A stretch of 64,000 nucleotides of DNA from assembly GCF_963921235.1 (NCBI RefSeq), contig NC_086108.1:79052001-79116000 (forward strand). The letters are read 5' to 3'. A program made the translations under genes and the position numbers. Source of the DNA: Mobula hypostoma. Taxonomy: Eukaryota. Of the stretch, positions 36,849 to 48,904 are shown piece by piece (within the stretch, counting starts at the first letter, position 1; each line of letters starts with the position of its first letter). The notes under the pieces were generated by a model, which did not search any database, was not told the origin of the DNA, and saw only the letters and a program-made list of their open reading frames with translations.

Positions 36849-37376
36849 TGTAACCGGGTGACCGTCGGATCTTATTCAGTATCGTTAAAAGTGTACTTAA
36901 GCATCCATCCGGGTAATGCTGGAATAGTTGGCTGTGCCTTTAAGGGAGACGGTGATGTCATTACGCACACGCGGGATAGTGGGGAGACCATTTTGCTTTC
37001 TGCTGAAGACGTGGTTAAGGTATTGGAAGTGGATTCTTCCCAGAGTATGCTGGGCATGGTGAGGAAAGATTTCCACGAGTGAAGAAATCAATGCTGGGTA
37101 GCGTGGCTTATACCAAGTTCCTCACCATCCAAGATTGCCACCACCGTATTTGTACCCTATTACTTCTGGTAATTTTATACTGCATACGCAATTCTGTCCG
37201 TACACAAGGGTGTGAATCGGAAGTTAAACTGAGATTGTAACGGCAAGAACTGGTTGTAAATTCGTTCGTTTTGTTTTGCGACCTTCTTCTGGCACTTAAA
37301 CATTGAAAACCGTTAAAGGAATTAAAACCCGAAGAAGTCTTTGTGGTCCTGAGCGTGTACTTTTCCTCAGGCTACA
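36849..37376 (+). repeat. 5' LTR
   Basis: Direct repeat of 41704-42236, roughly 90-93% identical by eye. Confidence 0.96.
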
Positions 37377-37914
37377 AAATCTGGTACCAGGAGTGGGGCT
37401 AATTCCAAGCCAGTTTAGAGGGTCTCTGATTGCTGTATGCAGTATATTATACAGTACCTAATACAGTAGTGGTGAAGACAGGACTGTGTTCCCATCGGGT
37501 GGAAGGAGACAGCGCAGTAGAGCCTTGTGGAAAGCGCGCAGGAACCTCGGGAACGGGCCGGGACGTCAGCGACTGACGTCAGGATGCAGAGCGGTGACGT
37601 GGACCTCGGGGACTGCGGGCCGTGAAGCCATCGCATCTGCAGCAAAGGACAGCAGCAGCTCCTTTCTGCAGGCTTGTTGTGTGAACTTTAAAGGCTTGAG
37701 GTTTTACTATGTCATGCTCAGAGGATATACCAGTTGAACTTGATCTGAATGAACAAATTAGTGAATTGTGTAGTAGGTACGATGAAGCCATGGCAACCAT
37801 AGATAAATTAAGCAGAAGGTCCTATGTATATGTCCCAAGGGAAAGGCACATTGTTCCATTTACGGGGGATGTTGAGAAAGATGGGAGGTCTGTTGATGAC
37901 TTTATTGAAGAAAT

Positions 37915-38487
37915 TGGTTGGTTGGTTGTTCGTCCATCGTTGACGTCGATGAGGACCTCGACACCATTATGATGGTGTCGAGACTAGCGCGTGATTTGGA
38001 TTTAAGTGAGGGAGAGTTGCGCAGCGTCAGCCTCACTCTCTGTTCCCAATTCCCATCTGGATCCAGTGGCAAGACAGAGTCTAGACGGCTGGAGATGGGA
38101 CTAGGCGCAGTGGATGACCAGGACGTCTTCTGTGTCTTGTCCTGCTCTACACGTTCCACGACGCTTGCAGAGACCGCCTTCTCAACCGTTGGACCTTCCA
38201 TTGGTCTCGTCCACTCAATCCGCCGGAGTCTGTCTTCACATGCTGGGATAGACAACTTCCTATCACACCGAGGGTTTGAGACCCATCGGCTACCCTCCCC
38301 TGGTTTAGCCGGCTTGTCGAAGCCGTTGCCCGGGGTGTGGCTGCTGTTGCATGCAAACATCTACGAGGAGCCACAGGTGAGAGCTGAGTGCCAGGTGGGG
38401 ACCAAAGGTGGACTAACCGCCCTGAAAAGGACGCGACATGTTCCCCCACCAGAGGTGCTACCCCTCCCTGACACCCCATACACCCCA
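37915..38487 (-). mobile_element. 573-bp non-coding retroposon (RTE-like 5' region, (CAAC)n tail)
   Basis: 11-bp TSD attgaagaaat (37904-37914, 38488-38498); minus strand ends ggacgaacaaccaaccaacca; removing it restores the gag frame. Confidence 0.9.
38295..38486 (-). ncRNA. HDV-like self-cleaving ribozyme at the 5' end of the retroposon
   Basis: P1 GGGGUGU/ACACCCC; P2 CUCACCUGU/ACCAGGGGAG; P3 GGC/GCC; L3 begins UCCUCG; GG-GCAA-C; P4 GGCUU(CGAC)AAGCC; J4/2 GGCUAA with catalytic C at 38308. Confidence 0.82.
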
Positions 38488-39339
38488 ATTGAAGAAATAC
38501 AACGTGCACTTCATACTAGAAATCAGTCTGACCAGGATCAGTATGACTTTGTTATGTCCCTACTCGGGTGCAGCCTTAGAAGAAGCACGTATGCGCAGTG
38601 ATGCTGGGGAAGACCATGCTGATGACTTGTTCACCTATCTCAGGGAAGCTTTTAGAGTCAAATGTAGTGCACCCCAGCTGTGGCATGGCTTCTACAGTCG
38701 CAAGCAGCTTGAGGGTGAAGATGTACGAGAGTTTTCCCATGTCCTAGCTCAAGCTCTTAACTTGATACTGAAGCACTCCCCTGATGCCATGACTGATAAG
38801 CGGCGGTGCTAAGAGACCAATTTATAGAGGGGATCAGGGATCTTTCCCTCAGAAGGGAGCTCTACAGATTCGTGTGGAACCACCCTGAATCCTCAATGAT
38901 AGAAGTGAGGGAGGAGGCTCGTCTGTGGCTTGTAGAAGAGCCCCTGGGAAATACAAGGTCTGGAAAGTCAAAGTGTAGCAGTGGCCAGGCACAGTGCTCG
39001 ATTCTTAAAGCTCCGGAATCTGAGTCAGTCACACTAGATGACATCCTTAAAGTAGTCGCAGAGCAGGGCAAAGCCCTTTGTGAATTGACTCAAGCAGTGA
39101 AAGATCTCACTGTACAGAGGGATTTTACACGCGCTACTAGGGGCAGACGTAATTTACGGCCTAGGTTCACAGAAGATGGGCAGCCAATATGTTTCAAGTG
39201 TCAGGTGGGAGGACATTTGGCCAGGAATTGCCCACGGAAGCGGGGTGCAAGGGAAATGGAGTCTGCATCCTCCTGCCCTCGAGGTTGGGAGTCGGGCAAT
39301 TCGGCGGAACCTCACAGATAATGTACAGCTACCCTGTGA

Positions 39340-39690
39340 CCAGTTGCTGCAATGCGCTATAGGGACATGTCCAGTTGTGGAGCATGAAGTATCAGGTGTC
39401 GTTGTCCGTTGGACACAGGTAGTCAGGTAAGCACCCTGACCGAACAGTTCTTTCGAGAACACTTGAATGGAGAGGATGAGGAAATGTTGTCCATTGATGG
39501 CTGGCTTAGGCTAGCAGCTGCAGACAGTCTTGATATTCCTTACTTTGGGTATCTAGAGCTAGAGGTTCAAGCAATGGGCATGAAGATACCAAATTGTGGC
39601 TTTCTAGTAGTCAGGGATCCTGTTAGCACCGAACCACCTATCCCATGTATTGTGGGCATGAACATTATCAGCCATGTAAGCAACTTGTCT
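39340..39690 (+). pseudogene. Retroviral-type aspartic protease of the Gypsy element
   Basis: DTGSQVST...LAAADSLDIPYFGYLELEV...CIVGMNII. Confidence 0.88.
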
Positions 39691-40393
39691 ATGCAGTGTT
39701 TGACTTCGATGTCCAGTATCGTTCGGGTCGGAACGATACCGTGGCTGATGCACTCTCTAGGCAGCCATTTGCGGGGGAGCCTGAGCCTGTCTCAGAGGAT
39801 GCAGAGTTTGATGGGGCTGTGGCGATTGGTAGTTTGGTCAATCACGGCACTGCCCTTGACCTGGCACTGGTTACTGCTGGTCTTAACGGCTGTAGGGTTA
39901 AGCAGATTCGAGCCTGGGAAGCTGGTACTAGCGATGTAAGTGGTCCGACCCAAGGGAACACTCCAACCCTCCCAGGTTATTCTAATGGGGACTTGCGTAC
40001 TTTTCAGCAGCAAGACCCTGCGTTAACTGTCCTAAGAGACTTATGGGATCAGAAAAGGAAGCTGAGTGGCCAGGAGCGAAAAACTCTGCCTAAACCTGTT
40101 TTGTCTCTGTTAAGACACTGGGACAGTATCAGGGAGCGTAAAGGGTTACTGTATAGGGTAGTTGAGGATGAGAAGCTTGGGGAGTGTTACCAGCTTCTGG
40201 TACCTATCAGCTTGAGGAGCAAAGTGTTAGAGTATGTACATGATTCTATGGGTCATCAAGGCATAGAACGTACTCTGCAGTTGTTGTTTTTGGGTGGGCA
40301 TACACGAGGATGTGGCACGGTGGGTCAAAAATTGTCCATGTTGTGTACTAACTAAGATGCCACAGCCTAGGATCCACCCCCCCCCCCCACCCC

Positions 40394-41563
40394 ATGAAGT
40401 CATTTCTGGCTTCTAGGCCGCTTGAAGTTGTAGCTGTAGATTTCACTGTGTTGGAGCCGGCAACTGATGGGCGTGTGACTGTCTTAGTGGTCACGGACGT
40501 TTTCACTAAATTTACCCAAGCATTTCCGACTCGGGATCAAAAGGCGGATACCACAGCAAGGGTGCTCTTGAGGGAATGGTTCATGAAGTATGGTGTTCCT
40601 GAGAGATTGCATTCTGACCAGGGCCATAACTTCGAAAGTGAGGTCATAGTGGAGCTTTGCAAACTATACGGGGTAAAGAAGAGCCGTATCACACCTCATC
40701 ATCCTACTGGAAATGCGCAGTGCGAGCGTTTCAACAGGACGATGCACGATCTGTTGCGTACGTTGCCTCTAGAAAAGAAGCGCAGACGGCCAGAACATCT
40801 ACCGGAGTTGGTGTATGCATATAATGCGACACCTCACGCCACCACCAGGTATTCACCTTGCTATCTGTTGCTTGGGGTGGATCCCCACTTGCCCGTGGAT
40901 GCTCTGCTGGGGCAAGAACAGACTGTGGACTGGAAACATGACTGGCTAGCTGTACACCAGAGCCGGCTGAGGGATGTGCATGCCAGAGCAAAAGAATACT
41001 CTGAGCAGAAGGCGGCAGAATGCATTGCCTGGCAGGAGGACAAAGTGTACTGTCCCAAAGTTGATGTGGATGCACTGGTTTACTTGAGGAACAGACCGTT
41101 AGGTCGTAATAAGATCCAGGATGCTTGGAACTCAGCCGTCTACAGGGTAGTAGAGGTACTGGGCAGCACCTACACTGTGGAACCTTGGGAGGGTGGGCCT
41201 AGCAAAAGGGTGAACAGGGTAGACATAAGGCCCTGTGAGAACCATCCCACTCCAGCTACCCGAAGGAGACTGCAAACTCCAGTAACTCAGGCCGGCTCGC
41301 CCCTGGGGCATGAATCAGATTCTGAGGATTCAGAAAATGGTGTGATATTGGTAGAAGATGTGTCAGAACAGGGTGCACAGACTCTTGACCCTAGCCTAGA
41401 CAGCATATCTTCTGAAAATATGACACCTTCTGGAACTGAGACAGGGGAGCCGATGACGGCTAATGCAGGGGCAGAGGTTGGTAGCCCTCCTGTGGCAGCA
41501 CCCCGCAGGAGTAAACGAGTAGATGCTGGACAGCACCCTAACCCACGTTGCGAACCAAGATGA
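40394..41563 (+). CDS. Gypsy integrase core and C-terminus (open 389-aa frame; upstream HHCC part frameshifted)
   Basis: PLEVVAVDF...VTDVFTKF...LHSDQGHNFES...GNAQCERFNRT: DDE triad present. Confidence 0.88.
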   Translation: MKSFLASRPLEVVAVDFTVLEPATDGRVTVLVVTDVFTKFTQAFPTRDQKADTTARVLLREWFMKYGVPERLHSDQGHNFESEVIVELCKLYGVKKSRITPHHPTGNAQCERFNRTMHDLLRTLPLEKKRRRPEHLPELVYAYNATPHATTRYSPCYLLLGVDPHLPVDALLGQEQTVDWKHDWLAVHQSRLRDVHARAKEYSEQKAAECIAWQEDKVYCPKVDVDALVYLRNRPLGRNKIQDAWNSAVYRVVEVLGSTYTVEPWEGGPSKRVNRVDIRPCENHPTPATRRRLQTPVTQAGSPLGHESDSEDSENGVILVEDVSEQGAQTLDPSLDSISSENMTPSGTETGEPMTANAGAEVGSPPVAAPRRSKRVDAGQHPNPRCEPR

Positions 41564-41703
41564 GGTCTCCATAAGTCCGGCAGCAGTGTCTGAGATACTG
41601 GCTAGTCTCAGTTCAGTTCTCTTTAGAGAAGCAGTTAAGGAAGTTAAAAGTACCCTTGTAGTGAGCGAGTAATCGAGGACGATTACTTGAATACAGAGGA
41701 GAA

Positions 41704-42236
41704 TGTAACTGGATGACCGTTGGATCTTATTCAGTATCGTTAAAAGTGTACTTTGGAATCCATCTGGGTAATGCTAGAATAGTTGGCTGTGCCTTTAAGG
41801 GAGACGGCGATGTCATTACGCACGCGCGGGATAGTGGGGAGACCATTTTGCTTTCTGCTGAAGACGTGGTAAGGTGTTGTAAGTGGGTTCTTCCCAGAGT
41901 ATGCTGGGCATGGTGAGGAAAGATTTCCATGAGTGTAGAAATCAACACTGGGTAGTGTAGCTTATACCAAGTTCCTCACCATCCAAGATTGCCACTACCG
42001 TATTTGTACCGTATTAGATCTGGTGTTTTTTTTTATATACTGCATACGCAATTTTGTCCATACACAAGGGTGTGAATCGGAAGTTAAACTGAAATTGTAA
42101 TGGCACGAACTGGTTGTAAATTCATTCGTTTTGTTTCACAACCCTCTTCTGGCACTTAAACATCGAAAACCGACAAAGGAATTAAAACCCGAAAAAGTCT
42201 TTGTTGTCCTGAGCGTGTACTTTTCACCAGGCTACA
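41704..42236 (+). repeat. 3' LTR
   Basis: Direct repeat of 36849-37376. Confidence 0.96.
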
Positions 42237-42589
42237 TTCTTATGCAAGACTTTACTTGATCGTAACATGATGTGTCAAGTAGATTAATTTTTCAGAGCTG
42301 AATCTTAAGTTTGTCTTTGATATACTGGATCATAATCAAGAGGCTCCACAATCCAGTCTACACCTATTTCTTGTCTCTCTGTGCAATTTATTTTGATAAT
42401 GTTTTTAGTTCATGACATTATTCCAGTTAACCTGTGAATTCATAACCAAATTTGGAAATGTAATCTTTAATAGTTCAAGTAACTAGATTATAAAACTGAC
42501 TTGCATTGATCTGGTGCTTTCTTCATGAGAGTACAAGTAGGTCAGATCTTACGACTAATAAGCTGCTGAAGCTTGCTGGTCCTACACCA

Positions 42590-43785
42590 ATGGTGACAAC
42601 TCTGTCCTTCTTGTACTGTCTCTAAGCTTTCTCTATTTGTGAGCCAACCGCCCTTTCCTCTGTCTCTTCAGTTTGGTTCCCGCCCTCCGGCAGTTCTAGT
42701 TTAAACTCTCCCTAATAGCCTTAGCAAACCTCCCTGCCAGGATATTGGTCCCCTGGGATTCAAGTGCAATGCCTGCCCCAGAAGAGGCTCCAGTGATCCA
42801 GAAAACTGAATCCCTGCCTCCTGCTCCAATACCTCAGCCATGCATTTATCCTCCATCTCACTCTATTCCTATACTCACTGTCGCGGGGCATAGGCAGTAA
42901 TCTCAAGATTACTGCCTTTGAGGTCCTGCTTCTCAACTTCCTTCCTAACTCCCTGTAGTCTGTTTTCAGAACCTCCTCCCTTTTCCTACCTATGTCGTTG
43001 GTACCAATATGTATCATGACCTCTCGCTGTTCACCTTCCCACTTCAGGATATCGTGAACGCGATTGGAAACATCCCGGACCTTGGCACCTGGGAGGCAAA
43101 CTACCATCTGCTTTTCTTTCCTGCATCCAGAGAATCGTCTGTCTGACCCCCTAACTATAGAGTCCCCTATTACTGCTGCTTTCTTCCTTTCCCTGCCCTT
43201 CTGAGCCACAGGGCCAGACTCTGTGCCAGAGGCACGGCCACTGTTGCTTCCCCCAGGTAGGTCTTTTCCCCCCGAACAGTACTTAAACAGGAGTATTTAT
43301 TTGGACAGCCACAGGGGTATTCTCTAGTATCTGACTCTTGCCCCTCCCACCTCCTGACTGTTACCCACTTATCTGTCTCCCGAGTCCCTGGTGTGACTAC
43401 CTGCCTGTAGCTCCTCTCTATCATCTCCTCACTTTTCCTGACCAGACGAAGGTCAAGCTGCAGCTCCAGGTCCCTAAGCTCGATGCACCTGGTGCAGATG
43501 TGGCCTTCTGGGAGGCTGGGAGGCTGAGAGTCTCCTGGACATCGCACATCTGACACCCAGTACAGAACACCGGCCTCACAGACATACTTGTTATTCCTCA
43601 CAAGAAGCTTACCTAGCCTCGACCTGTTATCGCTGAAGCCCTGTTGAACCAAAGTGCTCCTACTCTGTCTCTCTCTCTACTCCGTCGAGTGCTCCTCTGG
43701 CGCCCACTCTATAAAGCTGTCTCCTTTTAAACTCTTCAAGCTGGTCTAACTCGCTGACGTCCATGCGCTTGCGCAGTCGTCCATC
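42590..43785 (-). mobile_element. CR1 5' UTR and ORF1 (zinc finger plus SGNH esterase-like domain)
   Basis: HICTRC; VIGDSIVRG...CLPGAKVRDV...IHIGTNDIG. Confidence 0.88.
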
Positions 43786-45049
43786 TACCTTGTCAAGTCT
43801 TTCAAACTCTTGTTACTGTATGTTTTGCTAGGATGATCTCCCATTCTGTTAAACATCAAAGCCTCCAAGTTCAACCTTGCACCATCTTTACTAAGACTAT
43901 TCCTTTACCTTTATCAACCCGATTTATCCATAAATAAGACTTTGGTGCTGTGCTGCAGGTCTTTCTGTAAGCCCTGTACAGTTGCATCAGGACTTGGCTA
44001 CTTCTCCACTCTGTTCTACAAGACACATGTTCCATTGTCTGCCTAATTGCTTAATCTGTCTAACTTCCTTAATTTCACATAAGAATACCCAGATCACACT
44101 TCACTGTAGCATTCTTCAGCCTCTCTCTCCATTTCAACAAGATTCTGGTTCTCAGTTTTTACCCATCACCCTTCCCTTCAATATGCCCATCTGCCAATAT
44201 TTTTAACCTATTCAAAATGTTTTCAAATCCTTTGTAGAATGGGACACCTCTGCGCTACTTGCCCTCTCATTTCTCTTTGTATTGTCAACTAATTTGGCTA
44301 AAATACTTTTGGTATTTTTATTTAAGGCATTTAATATCGATAATTGAGATTCCTGCATTAAACCCTATGGCATTTCACTAGTAAAACTTGCCATCCTGAA
44401 AATAATCAGTTTGTTCCGATTCTGCTTCTGTTAATTAGCTAATTCATTCTCCATATATTGCATCTAATTTCAGTAATTGTTATATATCATAATAACATTG
44501 TGTAGCTGCTCATCTCATGCCTTCTGTAAATCCAAATCTGCCTGGTTCCATTTTATGCTCTCTGCTCGTTACATCTTCTTAGGTGTTCTAATTAATTCGT
44601 CCCTTTAATAAAAACATGTCAATGGTAAGTGACTGTGCTAAGAATTTCTTAGTTTCCCTGAGTGGATTCTAGCATTTTCCCTGCAATGCTGGCAATTCTC
44701 ACAGGTTAATGTGTCCAGAAGTCCAAACAGCCTTCAGTATCATTAACACAGTACATTTTCTCTTGTAACTGTTCTAACTTAATTTTTCTGCAGATTTTCT
44801 AATATTATTTGTATGTGCTTATTGTCATCTTCTGTAAAGACATATGCAAAATACATGTTAAAAATTTTATCATTTTTTATTTTCACACTATTTATTCACC
44901 AGTCTCATCTCCGGAAGCAACAAACACTTTGATGCCATTACTGCCGGTTGTTACTTTTTTTTGTTTTGATCTAATTTTTTTTCTTTCCCAATCTACTGGC
45001 TTATGACTAATCTTCATAATGTTACGTGTTGCATTTAATGCTATTTCTG

Positions 45050-45870
45050 AATTTCAAAGGTACATTAATGTCAGAGAAATGTATGCAATATACATCCTGA
45101 AATGCTTTTTCTGTGCAACCATCCACGAAAACAGAGTGCTCCAAAGAATAAATGACAGTTAAATGTTAGAATCCCAAAGCCCCCCCTCAGCTCCCCCCTC
45201 CCATGCGTGAGCAGCAGCAAAGCAACAACCTCCCCCACCAGCAAAAAAGCATTGGCGCCCCCCCACTGAGCACTCAAGCGTGCAGCAAAGCATCAATAAG
45301 GACAGAGACTCTTAGTACCCCAAAGACTACTCATTCAACTGGTAATTTGACATACCACAGGCTCTCTCTCTCCCTATTGAAGGAGAAAGAGATGTCTCCG
45401 TTTCACAGTGAGATGGGAGACATAGCAAACAACTCGCTAATTTACGATGTTAAAGGTCCATTGCATTGCTTTTTCCGAGCTCTGTGCCCAAAGAACTCGG
45501 GTCTCTGGGCACACAGCTAGTAGCCAGCTGGCTGCTTTTGATCTTCTGTTTCCCACGACACACCAATTTCCTGCAGAGGCACCGACCTTGAGTCCACCTG
45601 CCTCCAGAGCCAGGAAATCCCGGAACTCTGAAGGTGAGCTAACCTTCTAGGCCACATCCTTGGTATATTGACTTACAGCCAGTTGTGAGACCCTGAGAGC
45701 GGGTCCCATTCCCGCAAAGAACCGAGTCAGTGTGTAACTCTAGGTCTTCAAAAGCACCCTGAAAGGGAAAAATAGAGACATTAACGATAGAAATAGAGCT
45801 GTTTCCAAAGATGAAAGGAAAGGAGTCACCATTAGGTGCCATTAGCTCCTTAGCTCCACCTATCTCAGCC
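45050..45870 (-). mobile_element. Non-coding interspersed repeat with a Rex1-like 3' end
   Basis: Minus strand ends tgacattaatgtacctttgaaa; GC-richer block with no coding signature. Confidence 0.5.
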
Positions 45871-46192
45871 ATTGGTGGGTCATACTTGGTCTTTATTTCT
45901 GTTTGATATTGTAATGTAAATTTATGAAGTAACTTTTTAAATATCTGCCACTACTCTGACTTGACTGGCAATCTATCTTCCCAGTCTTAGTTCTCACTTT
46001 CTTTATTTACATTTTTAAGTTAGTTGCTGCAGAATTGTATTTTTCACCTTTTCAACTGAATTTGAAACTGTATCATGTCAATTAAGATCATGCTTCCCCT
46101 GAGGATACTTTGCTGTCAGCCCATTAACTAATCCTGTCTCAATTTTTGTGGCCAGATTTGAAGTAGGCTAGGTACTGGTTGGTTGCATAGTG

Positions 46193-47371
46193 CAGTGGTC
46201 CCCAACTGCCGCGGACCGGTACCGGGCCGCGAGGAAACGATATGATTTGGCGATATGAGTCAGCTGCACCTTTCCTCATTCCCTGTCACGCCCACTGTTG
46301 AGCTTGAACACACGCGAGGTCATTACCCGCGCGTCATCCATGTCAACGCGGGAAGGAGATCAGCTCCTCGAGCTTGCAAATGACGGTGGGTTGAAAAGTG
46401 TGTTTGACATAACACCTCTGCCGGCATTCTGGATCAAAGTCAAGGCTAGATATCCTGAGATAGCCACGAAAGCACTGAAAACGTTGCTTCCATTTCCAAC
46501 CTATCTCTGCAGTGAATGCAACGAAAACTAAATTGCAGAATAGACTGGACATAAGGAACCCCCTTCGAGTATTGCTGCCTCCCATCACCCCTCGATGGCA
46601 CCGTCTTGTTGCAGGGAAACAAGCCCAGGGCTCCCACTGATTCAGCGATATTGGTGTGTTGCAATGATTTTATATGTTCATATGGGGAAAATATGTGCTG
46701 TGTGTTTAATATCCAAAGGTTACTTAAAATATTATGATGCTATTGACTTATAAGTGACTTATATAACCATATAACAATTACAGCATGGAAACAGGCCATC
46801 CCTTCTAGTCCGTGCTGAACGCTACTCTCACCTAGTCCCACCGACCTGCACTCAGCCCATAACCCTCCATTCCTCTCCTGTCCATATACCTATCCAATTT
46901 TTCTTTAAATGATAATATCGAACTTGCCTCTACCACTTCTACTGGAAGTTCGTTCAACACTTAGTTCAAGCTCCCCTGTCCTCCCCTGATAATTGACTTA
47001 TCAGTATATTCATGCGAGGAAAATATGTGCAGTGTGTCTAATATTAAATTCGTTAGATAAACCCTTTTAGAAACGAAATTGAGTGTATTAGCCACTTATC
47101 ACCTATATTCCGTCGTGATTAACACCCCCCCCGAACAGAATCGCCAAAAACGATTTGAGGAGAAAAATCGGCACGTACACGCATGCGCACTGGTGCCCGT
47201 GCAAGGCTTCATGGCCATGGTAGTCTTTCTCGGGGTAACACAATGACACAATGTATTTGACTGCTACTCTTGTCAGTTGGCAACCCCCCCCCTCCCCCGG
47301 GTCGGCTGGTCCGCAAGAATATTGTCAATAATAAACCGGTTCGCGTTGCAAAGAGTGGTTGGGGACCCCTG
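46193..47371 (+). mobile_element. Internally deleted hAT (Charlie/Buster-type) transposon
   Basis: TIRs cagtggtccccaac / gttggggacccctg; 8-bp TSD gcatagtg; C-terminal FWIKVKARYPEIATKALKTLLPFPT.YLC...QAQGSH*; carries a CR1 3' end at about 46763-46950. Confidence 0.94.
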
Positions 47372-47609
47372 GCATAGTGCATGTGATTAAAAATACATTG
47401 CTGATATAATCTAAGTTTGTCCTCGAGTTCTCCTTTGGTAACTTGCCCAATCAATAAAGTTGACTATGTTTAAACAATAATGTTTCTGCAAGCATGAATT
47501 GTTCGATGATTTGTACCCCCTATCCTACATTAGGAATTGTTAAGCGATCTGTGGCCTAACCCTGCCTTCCTCATACAATTTTGCACCTCTACCCAAATTT
47601 GATTCTGCA

Positions 47610-48350
47610 TCTGACCAGGGCTCTGTCATCAGATTTGCAGATGACACAACCGTGGTTGGCCTTATCACGAACGGTGATGAAATGGTGTATAGAGAGGAAA
47701 TGGAGCGGTTGGTGGATTGTTTGAGAAGAACAACCTAATCCTGAATGTGGGGAAGACAAAGGAAATCATTGTGGACTTTAGGAAGGAGCAGACAAACCAT
47801 TCCCCTTTCCGAATACATGGCTCCACCATCAAGAGAGTTAAATGCACCAAGTTCCTGGGAGTTCACGTCATGGGTGACCTACCTTGTCCCTTAATATCAC
47901 CTTCATGAATGAGGCGGCACAGCAGCACCTCCACTTCCTGAGATTGAGGAAAGCAAGGCCCCCCCGCCCTCCCTTAACTGTGTTTTACAGGGGCGCCATT
48001 GAGAGTGTCCTGACTAGTTGTGTCGCCATCTGATATGGGAGAAGTTGAGCATCAGCCTGAAGTCCCTACAAATGACTGTGAGAACAGCTGCATGGATCAT
48101 AGGGGTCTCCCTACCATCCATCAGGGACATTTTTCAGGAGTGCTGTGTACGCAGGGCCATTAGTATTATTAAGGATCCCACCTATTCATCCAGCATCCTC
48201 TTTGACTTTCTACCATCAGGCAGGAGTCTACAATGCATAAAAATAAGAACGGTCAAGATGAGAAATAGTTTTGTACCTCAGGCTATTAGCCTCCCGGACT
48301 CCTTGCTGCTTCGTATTTGAAGTGTCACTGGTTAATCTGTTCCGTACCTT
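47610..48350 (+). mobile_element. Rex1/Babar RT 3' fragment
   Basis: RFADDTTVVG, NNLILNVGKTKEIIVDFRK, LPSGRS, NSFVPQAI. Confidence 0.88.
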
Positions 48351-48354
48351 ATAA

Positions 48355-48898
48355 TCTATATACTACTAAAACTCTCATGCTCTGTTTGTCTGTTTGTGAC
48401 CTCCATTTAGCGCAAATGGTGCATTACAGCGGCACTTTTTCTGGCTAAATCGAATTAAAATGCGCTAATTTACAGAATGCAGGCAAAGTTCAGGGTTATA
48501 TATTCATATAAAATTGCTCATTCACCAAAAATCAACAGTCTGGCTTTCACCCGAGACCCGATCAGCCATCATGGAAATCGGGATGCGACAGCCGGACGCA
48601 TGCGCACGGCCAGCCTCAGCAGTGACACCTACTGAAGCAAAAGAGCAAGGCAGCTCTATTTCGAGGGGTCACATTCTGCTAATCACCATCAGCATGTGCA
48701 GAATTGGGATAGATCTAACTGCCACCCATCAATAACAGATAATTAAATCTTATTATAATGACGTACTTTGAGACACCCATAAAACCCTTTGCTGCAGTCA
48801 AAGGACAGCGGTGACTATATCACATCCATTTAGGAGAGCACCAACCACATCATCAAGAATAATCAGCATCCTTTGGTGTTAGTGCTTCGTATCTTCTA
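48355..48898 (+). mobile_element. Probable Helitron 5' portion
   Basis: A|TCtatatactactaaaa start typical of Helitron 5' termini. Confidence 0.5.
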
Positions 48899-48904
48899 TC
48901 CAGC

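Larger units (their letters stand above)
37713..39321 (+). pseudogene. Gypsy gag, frameshifted and interrupted at 37915-38487
   Basis: YVYVPRER...VDDFIEEI|QRAL...FYSRKQLEGEDVREFSHVL...LRDQFIEGIRD...CFKCQVGGHLARNC zinc knuckle. Confidence 0.88.
36849..42236 (+). mobile_element. Gypsy LTR retrotransposon with both LTRs, gag-protease-integrase, RT/RNaseH deleted
   Basis: TG...CA LTRs, 4-bp TSD ttct (36845-36848, 42237-42240), PBS tggtaccaggagtgggg (tRNA-Leu-like, 37382-37398), PPT before 41704. Confidence 0.96.

Noticed and set aside
37902..38601. Overlapping ORFs of 120-227 aa on both strands
   Set aside because: Chance open frames across the GC-rich non-coding insertion; only the last codons belong to gag.
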